Part shown: one piece after another, positions 18,709-26,976 of the stretch
How the letters are laid out: each line of letters begins with the position of its first letter
Numbering within the stretch: the stretch's first letter is position 1
Assembly: GCA_039194325.1 (NCBI GenBank)
Contig: JBCCWC010000007.1
Span: 1-64,000, forward strand
DNA from: Myxococcota bacterium
GTDB lineage: Bacteria; Myxococcota_A; Polyangia; Nannocystales; Nannocystaceae
Length of the DNA: 64,000 nucleotides
Direction of reading: 5' to 3'
Position numbers and translations under genes: made by a program
Notes under the pieces: generated by a model
What the model saw: only the letters and a program-made list of their open reading frames with translations
The model's database searches: none
Told to the model about the DNA's origin: nothing

Positions 18709-19841
18709 CCCGTCCGGGATGAGGGAGCCGCGCACGGATAGAGCCGGTTGTCGTCGCGCCGCTCTATCCAGGTCGGCACCCTTAGCTGCATCGCCTCCCG
18801 GCCCCCTACGCGCTCAAGCCACGGGTCGACCGCCGCCCGATCCTCCGCGCTCAGCCCCCGATAGTAGGCCAAGGGCCGCTGCACCATCCACTGGGTGAAG
18901 CTGTGGGCCCGCCGCGAGCCCACCACCCCGTCGAGCGAGAACTCGTGGCGCCCCACGAAGCGGGGCAGCTGGCCGCCCCCCGGGTGCGCCTGGACCCACG
19001 CGTGCACCGCGGTCACGGTGGCCTCCATCACCGGCCACATCTGCTCGAAGAGTGCGCCGAAGATCGGATCGAGGGTCGCCGGCACCTCGTCGTCGGGACA
19101 CCAGCGGCCGATCGTACGCGGGCAACCGTTCATGCGCTCGACCCAGTCGGCCACCCGCGGCGCGAGGCGCTTCATCAGCCGACCGGGATAGGGATCGCGG
19201 TACAGGTGCGCATAAAGAGGCCCCATCAGCCCAAAGTCGCCGAGGCTCGGCCGAGCCCCCAGCAGATAAGGATGCTCGACCAAGTGCGCGTCGAAGTCGC
19301 GAAGGAATTGCTCGTAGCGCGACTCGACCGCATGTCGGTTGTGCCGCGAGATGCCCATGGCCGGGCCGTAGGCGCCACCGAAGTACACCGCCAGCGGCAC
19401 GCCGGCCAGCGGACGCAGCCACGCGGGTGCCCGGGGCATCATCAGCTGCCCGAACTCCCGGGCCACGAACGGAAGGTTGTGCCACTTGTAGTGCCACCGG
19501 TAGTGCATCGCCGGCAGTAGCAACCACTCGTCGCCGTAGACCTCCAGCAGCAGCGCGGCCAGGCGCTGGCGAGGCGTGGGGGGATAGACGCCGCGATCCT
19601 CGAAGCGCGCCTCGCAAAAGTCGATGATCGCGGTGGTGTCTTGCACCGCCACGTCGTCATCGGACAGGATCACCGGGATCATGCGCAGCCCAGTGCGAGG
19701 CTTGACGACCCGCTCGATCACGTCACGGGTAGCCAGCACCTCCTCGAAGGGGATCTGCTTGTAGCGCAGGTACGACCGAGCCTTACCGGAGTACAGGGAC
19801 ACCTCGGCCGCGATGAGCTGGTAGGTACCGGGGGAGCTCAC
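18699..19841 (-). CDS. glutathione S-transferase family protein
   Basis: SLYSGKARSYLRYK, MIPV, QDTTAII, PYLLGARPSLGDFGLMG. Confidence 0.85.
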   Translation of the reverse strand: MSSPGTYQLIAAEVSLYSGKARSYLRYKQIPFEEVLATRDVIERVVKPRTGLRMIPVILSDDDVAVQDTTAIIDFCEARFEDRGVYPPTPRQRLAALLLEVYGDEWLLLPAMHYRWHYKWHNLPFVAREFGQLMMPRAPAWLRPLAGVPLAVYFGGAYGPAMGISRHNRHAVESRYEQFLRDFDAHLVEHPYLLGARPSLGDFGLMGPLYAHLYRDPYPGRLMKRLAPRVADWVERMNGCPRTIGRWCPDDEVPATLDPIFGALFEQMWPVMEATVTAVHAWVQAHPGGGQLPRFVGRHEFSLDGVVGSRRAHSFTQWMVQRPLAYYRGLSAEDRAAVDPWLERVGGREAMQLRVPTWIERRDDNRLYPCAAPSSRTGQS

Positions 19842-19978
19842 AGACCGCAGCGTACGACGACCAGCCCGTCGAAGCGACGCGGAGCCACGCGTAAGGCGAT
19901 GCCCGACCGCGACCCGGCCGGCGCTCGCGACCCGACCGACGCTTGCGACCCTGCGCCGGCCTGCGCCAAGCTAGCTCC

Positions 19979-20887
19979 GTGCGGAGCAACCGAGGCGGTC
20001 GAGCATGGCTGTGGGGAGGGCTACTGCTGGGGTGCACGGCCGCACCGGCCGGCCCGGCCGAAGGACCGTCGACGGGCGCAACGCACTCGACGATCCCGTC
20101 GAGCTCCGAGGACCCCACCGTCGAGCCGACCCGCGGCACCGCGACCACCACCTTGCCGAGTACGACCTCCGCGGGGGACGGCTCGGCGGGCGCGACCGAC
20201 TCGACCGACTCCGTGAGCTCAGCGGGCTCGACCGGCTCGACCGGCTCGACCGGCTCGACCAGCTCGACCAGCTCGACCAGCGGCGACGACGGCCTGGGCA
20301 TGCTCTCGGGTCAGTGCGGTCTGGTCGATGCCGCCGAGCTGCGCGCCCTCGAGCCCTTCACCTATCACAACGCGATCGACTTCCAACGCGTGGGCTTCGA
20401 CTACGACCAGCTCACCCCCGGAGGACAGGCGGTCTTCGACGCGGGCAACCTGGGCGGCAGCTCGCTGCACTCCGAGGTGATCGCGTTCGAGGTGTTGGCC
20501 CGCTGCGAGGGCGCGAGCTTGCTCGCGACCGAGGGCGAGATCCAGTACATCGACGACATGGGCACCAAGACCGACCTGCGGGTCGCGATCGACGGCCTGG
20601 CGGTCGGCGTGAGCGTGACCCGAGCGGTGGGCTTTCCCCCCGACGATCCCTATACCGAAGCGCAAGCCGCCGACCTGTTGACGGGCAAGCTCGAGGACAT
20701 CCTGGCGAGCACGGCCAACGCGGCGCCGAGCGACGCATGGATCAAACAGATCCTCCACGTGATCGCCTACGCCGACATGCACGCGCAGAGCATCTTCGCC
20801 GCCTACGCCGCGCTGCCTGCCGAGATCACCGCCGATACGATCCTCATGGTCACCGTCACCCACGGCGACGACGCATTCATCTACTAA
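19979..20887 (+). CDS. lipoprotein with C-terminal AAC4-like (putative PD-(D/E)XK-fold) domain
   Basis: LLLGC lipobox; Ser/Thr linker; NLGGSSLHSEVIAFEVL, TEGEIQY, KTD, GVSVTRA, WIKQILHV motifs. Confidence 0.7.
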   Translation: MRSNRGGRAWLWGGLLLGCTAAPAGPAEGPSTGATHSTIPSSSEDPTVEPTRGTATTTLPSTTSAGDGSAGATDSTDSVSSAGSTGSTGSTGSTSSTSSTSGDDGLGMLSGQCGLVDAAELRALEPFTYHNAIDFQRVGFDYDQLTPGGQAVFDAGNLGGSSLHSEVIAFEVLARCEGASLLATEGEIQYIDDMGTKTDLRVAIDGLAVGVSVTRAVGFPPDDPYTEAQAADLLTGKLEDILASTANAAPSDAWIKQILHVIAYADMHAQSIFAAYAALPAEITADTILMVTVTHGDDAFIY

Positions 20888-20889
20888 TG

Positions 20890-20937
20890 ATCGGACGGGC
20901 CATCGGACGGGCCATCGGACGGGCCATCGGACGGGTC
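20890..20937. repeat. 12-bp tandem repeat (ATCGGACGGGCC)x4 just after the stop codon
   Basis: Read directly from the sequence. Confidence 0.9.
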
Positions 20938-21809
20938 ACCCGCCCGCTGGCCGGACAGCCCCCCCGCCCGTGCCGCACCGTGCGAGGGCGAAGTATCCGT
21001 TCGTATCAAACTAGATCACCCTGCGAATGCGGAGCCAGCGATAGTTGACACCTGTAAAGCGATCTTCCGCGTATAGCGCCAGCGCTTCGAATCGCCCACA
21101 GCGCTCCCCGTGGTGCGGAGCGCCCACCGCGGTGACGAAGCGCTCATCCAACGCCCAAACATGACGACGCGTCATCGTCTGCTGCGAATCGATTCGAACC
21201 TTGTCGACGACAACGTGACCCAGCAAAGGGCGCACGTCGCCAAGATGTGACGTGGGGTCGTCGACGACACTCACCGTCATTCCTGAGCCGAGCAACGAGA
21301 GCGACCGTCCATGCGAGCATCGTTGCACTCACCGGATCCCGCATGCTGAAGGCATCCCCCGACGGCATGCGAACAGCCGCGCTTCGTTGCGGGCGGATTC
21401 GAGCGAGCCATAGGCAAAAAGGGCAACCAAACCCAGCTCGATGAGCGAAAACCAACGGTGCGCATCGCCCAGGCCGTCTTCGGACGACGGTCGAACACGA
21501 GGACGCACACGCCGAGTCAATGAAGGCCCCACATCGTGGACATGTGCCCCGCATTGAAGTCGCGGTTCACACGGAAGTCGAGGTTTCGTTTCTGGCCGTG
21601 AGCTCGCGACTCGAGCCGTAGCTGGGTCGGTGCCTCCCCGAGCGCTTCGGTCGCTGCCCCGCCGATCGAGTGAGGGTCTACCTGACAGGCGACGAAAGCC
21701 TGGACCACCTCGTAGCTTCGGCGCGTCTCGTTCGAGGATCGTCGATGCAGACCGCAGCGTCATAGATCACCTTGGTATCATCCCAACTCGACACCAGGGC
21801 TGGTGTTCC

Positions 21810-23348
21810 ATGCCTAGTCCCAACCATCGCAGGCACTTCGAGGTGTACGACGACGTCGAGCACACCCGCACGTCGATGCATCGGATGCCCTCGTCGCCCA
21901 AGGCGGAGACGGCCGATTGCTTGATCGTGCTCGCCGGCGACGATCCAGGGCGCCGGATCTACCTGGAAGGCGACGTCACGCTGGGTCGCGGCAAGGACTG
22001 CGACGCCATCATCTCCGACGTGGGGATCTCGCGGCGGCACGCGCTGGTAGGCCTCGACGACAACGAGCAGTACTACGTACGCGACCTCGGCAGCCGCAAC
22101 GGCACCCGGGTCAACGGCTCACCGGTCGATCATTCGCCGCTTGAGTATGGCGACGAGATCTCTCTGGGCGAGCACACGGTGCTCTCGCTGGCCCGGCGCG
22201 AGCGCTTCGAAGACCACCTGCTCGTCGCCCAGAAGATGCAGGCCCTCGGCCAGCTCGCTGGCGGAGTCGCCCACGACTTCAACAACATCCTGGGGGCGCT
22301 CTTTGCCAACGTCACCTTCTTGAGCATCAAGCAGCACGACGCCGAGACCACCCAGTGCCTCACGGAGATGGAGGCAGCGGTGCGCCGGGCGATCGACCTG
22401 ACGCGCCAGCTCTCGGGGTTCGGGCGCAAGACGACCTCACAGCACCGGTCGGTTCGAGTGTACGACCTGATCCAAGAAGGCGTCGATCTGCTGCGGCGTA
22501 CGCTGCCCCGCAACGTGTCGATCTCCACGAGCATCCCGCCCGAGCTGATGGTGATAGGCGACGCCTCGCGGCTTTTGCAAGTGGTGATGAACCTGAGCAT
22601 CAACGCCAAGGATGCGATGCCGCGAGGAGGGACCCTGGCGATCTCGGCGTACGCGACCGAGGTGGGAGACGATCACCGACACCTGGCGCCAGGGCCCTAC
22701 GTGGTGCTGACCTTCGAGGATACCGGGCTGGGGATCGACCCCGAGACCTTGGAGAAGATCTTTGAGCCCTTCTTCACCACCAAGCCACGCGGGCAAGGCA
22801 CGGGCCTGGGGCTGGCCACCGTGCAGGCGATCTTGCGGGACCACGACGGGGCGATCGAGGCCCACAGCGTGGTCGGCCAGGGAACACAATTCTTGCTGCA
22901 CGTGCCCTCGGCGGCGGCTGAGCGGGAGAGCACCTTCGTGGGGCCGCGACCGGTGGTGGCGATCCCGGAAAGCGGGATCAGCGGGCTCGTGCTGGTGGCG
23001 GACGACGATCCGCTGGTGAGGACGGCGATCTCTCGGGTGCTGCGGCGGGACGGGGCGGAGGTCGTCACCGCCAACGACGGAGCCGAGGCGCTGCGGCGAT
23101 ATGCCGAGCGAGCGAGCGAGCTGCGCCTCATCGTGCTCGACCTGGACATGCCTCGGGTGGACGGAGCCGAGGTGCTCAAGGTGCTGCGCTCGTTCGAGTG
23201 TGAGCTGCCGGTGGTGATCGTCTCGGGGCACACGGATCTGGCGCGAACCAAAGAGGTGCAGACGCTGGGGATCAGCGAGTTTCTGCCCAAGCCCTTCGAC
23301 GCGCGGACGCTCAGCGAAGTGGTCAAGCGGCACCTACGAAAGCCGTAG
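21810..23348 (+). CDS. FHA-domain hybrid sensor histidine kinase/receiver
   Basis: FHA (LGRG..C, ISRRH, DLGSRNGT); GGVAHDFNNIL H-box; NLSINAKDAM; DTGLG; FEPFFTTK; GTGLGL; receiver ADDD, LDLDMP, KPF. Confidence 0.92.
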   Translation: MPSPNHRRHFEVYDDVEHTRTSMHRMPSSPKAETADCLIVLAGDDPGRRIYLEGDVTLGRGKDCDAIISDVGISRRHALVGLDDNEQYYVRDLGSRNGTRVNGSPVDHSPLEYGDEISLGEHTVLSLARRERFEDHLLVAQKMQALGQLAGGVAHDFNNILGALFANVTFLSIKQHDAETTQCLTEMEAAVRRAIDLTRQLSGFGRKTTSQHRSVRVYDLIQEGVDLLRRTLPRNVSISTSIPPELMVIGDASRLLQVVMNLSINAKDAMPRGGTLAISAYATEVGDDHRHLAPGPYVVLTFEDTGLGIDPETLEKIFEPFFTTKPRGQGTGLGLATVQAILRDHDGAIEAHSVVGQGTQFLLHVPSAAAERESTFVGPRPVVAIPESGISGLVLVADDDPLVRTAISRVLRRDGAEVVTANDGAEALRRYAERASELRLIVLDLDMPRVDGAEVLKVLRSFECELPVVIVSGHTDLARTKEVQTLGISEFLPKPFDARTLSEVVKRHLRKP

Positions 23349-23386
23349 GACCGGATCGAGGACCGGATCGAGGACCGGATCGAGGA
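23348..23386. repeat. 12-bp tandem repeat (GGACCGGATCGA)x3 at the stop codon
   Basis: Read directly from the sequence. Confidence 0.9.
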
Positions 23387-23496
23387 ACGGCTCCCAAGTA
23401 AACCCCGGTTTTCGTCCCTCCTGGGTGCCGCTTGGGCAAGACCGAGGCCGGGCGCGACGCAGTCGCGCATCCCGAGCCGGCCTCGGCATAGATAGC

Positions 23497-25014
23497 TCAG
23501 ACGGACTTGGCCGCCTCGAGCAGCTCGGCGGACATTCGCTGCTGGTCGTGCGCGAGGGACTCCCCGGCGGTGCCGACCTCGGCCAGGCCCAGGCGCCCTC
23601 GCTCCAGGCGGATGTAGCGACCCGCGATCGCCCCTTGCTGATCGGCGGTGAGATCCTCGTGGACTCCGGCCTTCTCGATGTAGAGCTTGGCGGCCGGGTT
23701 GTCGGTGTCGAGCTGGGCCCGCTCGCTCATCATGTCGATCGTGAAGTCCACGGCCTTACCGATCGTCTCCTGAGCGACCTCGTCGCCGGTGACCAGATCG
23801 GCGCTGCCCGAGACCAGCGGGAGGATCACGCCGAAGGCATGGCGGAAATCGGTCTTTTGGATCCCATAGAGAACGACCTCGTCCTGCTGGTGGATCTGCT
23901 TGTACATGCCCGAGACGATCACGGCGAAGCGCACGTAGGCCTTGCGGATGCACTGGTCGTGGAACTGCACGGCCGTGGCGTCGTCGACCTCGCCGCGGAG
24001 CTGGGCGGCGACGGTGGCCGCGGCGCTGAGCGCCCCCAGGAAGGCCAGGTGAACACCGGTGGAGAACAGCGGGTCGATGAAGGCCGCGGCGTCGCCCACC
24101 AGTCGGAAGCCCGGGCCGCCGAAGGCGTCGGCGGTGTAGGAGAAATCGCGCCACACCCGAACGGGCTGGACCTTGGTGGCCGAGGCGAGCATCTGGGTCG
24201 CGTTGGTCGCCCGGGACAGACCCTGGGCGTAGATCTCCTCGGGGTCGCTGGACTCGGCCCGCATGCGCTGGAACTGGTCGAGGTGCACGACCACGCCCAC
24301 GCTCAGCGTGCCGTCGTGCAAGGGGACGGTCCATACCCACCCCGAGCCGTCGCGCAGCGCCTCCATGTAGAACTCGCCCTCCTGCGCCTTGCCGTCGGGC
24401 GTGACGTAGGGGGTGTAGCCGCGCCAGTAGCTGCCCAGGGCCACGTTGGTGAACGCGCGCTGGACCTGGCGGTTGTGCAGGACCTTGGTCGACATCACGC
24501 CCGAGACTCCCGAGGCGTCGACGAGGACGTCGAAGGCGATCTGCCCCCGGGTGCCATCGGCGTGCTGCCACTGCGCGCGCACCGGACGATCTCCGTCCAG
24601 CTCGATGCCGGTGACCGTGGTTTGCTCGAAGACCCGGGCCCCCTGCTCGGCCGCGTACTGGAGTAGGAGGTGATCGAACTCGGAGCGGATCACCTGGTAG
24701 GAGTGGCGATGCTCGCTGACCTCGCGAAAGTCGATGTGCCCCGGCGGGGCGCCGTCTTTGAGGGTGAAGAAGCCTCCGTGCTTGCGGACGAAGCCGTGGG
24801 CCTCCATGCGCTCGTAAAGGCCCACGAACTTGAGCACCGGGATCGCCGAGGTCAGCAGCGACTCGCCGATGTGGTAGCGAGGAAACTTCTCCCGCTCGAG
24901 CAGGACGACCTCAAAGCCCTCGCGGGCCAGCAAGATCGCCGACATGGAGCCGCCGGGCCCTCCGCCGATGACGAGGACGCGGGTCTTGGAGGGAACACGG
25001 CTGGTGCTGGTCAT
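23497..25014 (-). CDS. flavin-dependent halogenase (two-component type, RadH/Rdc2/CndH-like)
   Basis: GGGPGGS FAD motif; FPRYHIGESL; GFVRKHG with the presumed catalytic Lys; RSEFDHLL; DASG; WVWTVPL (WxWxIP halogenase motif); GDAAAFIDPLFSTGVHLA. Confidence 0.9.
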   Translation of the reverse strand: MTSTSRVPSKTRVLVIGGGPGGSMSAILLAREGFEVVLLEREKFPRYHIGESLLTSAIPVLKFVGLYERMEAHGFVRKHGGFFTLKDGAPPGHIDFREVSEHRHSYQVIRSEFDHLLLQYAAEQGARVFEQTTVTGIELDGDRPVRAQWQHADGTRGQIAFDVLVDASGVSGVMSTKVLHNRQVQRAFTNVALGSYWRGYTPYVTPDGKAQEGEFYMEALRDGSGWVWTVPLHDGTLSVGVVVHLDQFQRMRAESSDPEEIYAQGLSRATNATQMLASATKVQPVRVWRDFSYTADAFGGPGFRLVGDAAAFIDPLFSTGVHLAFLGALSAAATVAAQLRGEVDDATAVQFHDQCIRKAYVRFAVIVSGMYKQIHQQDEVVLYGIQKTDFRHAFGVILPLVSGSADLVTGDEVAQETIGKAVDFTIDMMSERAQLDTDNPAAKLYIEKAGVHEDLTADQQGAIAGRYIRLERGRLGLAEVGTAGESLAHDQQRMSAELLEAAKSV

Positions 25015-25304
25015 TCGATCGGCCGTAGGACGGTCTTGTGGTGGGTGTCGCCGATGAGCTCGTGCAGCGTGCTGCGTAGCCGGGCGACATGCTCCGAGGC
25101 GAGGTGGGCGTCGTACGCCGCCTGGTCGACGAACTCCGCGTAGACGATGAAATGCGTCGGATCGGCGTCGTCCTGGTGCATCCGCAGCAACACGCAGCCG
25201 GGCTCGCCCGCCTCTACGTCTTTGCGGTAGCCGATGAAGATCTCCCGCAGCGTCTCCACGTGGTGTGGCGCTACGCTACAGCCGTTGATCGTACACACGC
25301 GCAT
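25011..25304 (-). CDS. antibiotic biosynthesis monooxygenase (ABM)/putative quinol monooxygenase
   Basis: EPGC, DPTHFIVYAEF, AYDAHLASEH ABM signature; its stop overlaps the halogenase start (ATGA). Confidence 0.85.
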   Translation of the reverse strand: MRVCTINGCSVAPHHVETLREIFIGYRKDVEAGEPGCVLLRMHQDDADPTHFIVYAEFVDQAAYDAHLASEHVARLRSTLHELIGDTHHKTVLRPIE

Positions 25305-25528
25305 ACCCGGCTGTGATGCTCGCACGGTTTGCCCGCCCGCGGCATGTCGGGGAACCCAGCAGCACGCCCGCGGTCGCCGTCTCCGACCTCGCCAGTGGCC
25401 CGCCACGGGCCACTACGCCCAGCGACGGGCGCTGCGAGCGTCCCCGGGGATGGGCTCACCCGGCCTGGTCCACGCCCCTACCCGACCACACCACCGCTCG
25501 GGTCGCGCCGCCCCGATGATGCTCCTCA

Positions 25529-25564
25529 ACGCTCGTCCAACGCACTGCTCACGCTCGTCCAACG
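25529..25564. promoter_or_regulatory. 14-bp direct repeat ACGCTCGTCCAACG x2 at 22-bp spacing in a divergent intergenic region
   Basis: Copies at 25529-25542 and 25551-25564; regulatory role inferred from position. Confidence 0.4.
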
Positions 25565-25593
25565 ACCCTCCCAAGCTCCCGTGGTAAGGTTCG

Positions 25594-26331
25594 TTGCTGG
25601 GGATTCGCTGGGCCGCGGTGGACAATGCTTCGCTGACTCCGTTCGTCCCACTTGGGGACGTACTTCGAGCCCTTCGGGGAACCCTCGAGCTCCCGAGGAT
25701 CGACACCTCCGATCTCGGCGTGCTCGGTGAGGTCGCCCGCTGGACGGTCGACTACCTGTGCCAGTCCCACCCCGATCTGGGACGGTCCGGCGATGTGTGC
25801 CCTTACACCGAGGTCTCGATGCGCGAGGATCTGCTGTGGTCAGCGGTGTGCCACGTCTTCGATGCCGACCCCCGACCCACGATGCACGAGGTCATGCTCA
25901 AGACCATGCGCGAGTTTGAGAGCCGCCCGCCGCAGCTGGGCAACAAGGCCGGGCTCAAGGCGATGCTGGTCCTCTACCCGAGCCTCGAGGGGTTGTGGGT
26001 CGACGCCGTCCAGGAGGAGCTGGCGCTGACCTTCTCCGAGCGTGGCCTGATGATCGGCGAGTTCCATGCCGAGTGCGACAAGCGAGGCCTTCACAACCTG
26101 GAGTTCCTCCCGCTCCGCAGCCCGATCCCTCTATTGGCGGTGCGCAACATGATGCTCACCGATCTCGCCTTCCTCAAGGCGTCGGATGACAAGCTCAGCC
26201 ACTATCTGCACCGCTTCGGCGACGCCGCCCTCAACGCCATCAGCGCCTACCTCAAGTCGCCCCACGACGAGGTCACCGACGACGTCTTCGATCGTCTCGA
26301 GGCCGCGTTGATGGGCTTGCATCCGGTGTAG
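25594..26331 (+). CDS. DUF6875-like protein (putative heme-dependent oxygenase/hydroxylase)
   Basis: HPDLGRSGDVCPY, GLMIGEFH, GLHNxEFxPLRSPIPLLAVRNMMxTDLAFL, YLHRFG motifs; start uncertain (GTG 25618 possible). Confidence 0.75.
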   Translation: MLGIRWAAVDNASLTPFVPLGDVLRALRGTLELPRIDTSDLGVLGEVARWTVDYLCQSHPDLGRSGDVCPYTEVSMREDLLWSAVCHVFDADPRPTMHEVMLKTMREFESRPPQLGNKAGLKAMLVLYPSLEGLWVDAVQEELALTFSERGLMIGEFHAECDKRGLHNLEFLPLRSPIPLLAVRNMMLTDLAFLKASDDKLSHYLHRFGDAALNAISAYLKSPHDEVTDDVFDRLEAALMGLHPV

Positions 26332-26347
26332 GCTCGCCGCGAGCGCT

Positions 26348-26456
26348 CGCACTCCCCGCTCGTACCCTCCGGTCGGACCCCACGCTCGGACCCCACGCTC
26401 GGACCCCACGCTCGGACCCCGCGCTCGGACCCCACGCTCGGACCCCACGCTCGGAC
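26348..26456. repeat. 13-bp tandem repeat (CGGACCCCACGCT)x6 plus two degenerate leading units
   Basis: Six near-perfect copies at 26374-26451. Confidence 0.95.
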
Positions 26457-26889
26457 TAGGTTGGTCGAAGTGCGTCGCCAAGAACTGCCCGAGGTTATCC
26501 AGCGTCGCGTGGGTCGCCCTAGATCGCGAAGCATCCCGTCGTGCGGCACCCCGCTGGCCGAGGTCTCGTGTCACGCGACGTGTCGCACGGTATCCCAATG
26601 CGTCCCGTCGCGAGGCATCTTGTCGCGAGGCGTCCCGTCACGAAGCACCCCCGGGATCGAGCCAGAACATCAAACCGTCCCAATCCGGCGTAGAGATCGT
26701 CAGCGCTTTCCTGCTCCTGCTCCCGGTCGAGCCTCGATCGTAGGCCATGGCCGCGACTACCACTGATTCGAGCACCATCGAACGAATATGGCATCGTCAG
26801 TCCCTCGCACCCCGACTGCACCTCGATGATTCGAAAACTGCGGAGGTACTAGACACTCAACTTCGCGGCTGGGTAGCATCGACTGCTTG

Positions 26890-26946
26890 CTAGGCGCGCT
26901 TTCACCCACGTCGGGGTCACCCCGGCAAGGGTGAAAGCGCGCCTAG
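26890..26946. repeat. perfect 18-bp inverted repeat with inner stem (57-nt hairpin/MITE-like remnant)
   Basis: CTAGGCGCGCTTTCACCC (26890-26907) / GGGTGAAAGCGCGCCTAG (26929-26946); inner GTCGGGG-tca-CCCCGGC. Confidence 0.85.
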
Positions 26947-26976
26947 ACAGAGCCTCCTGCCAAAGGATTTGGTTCG

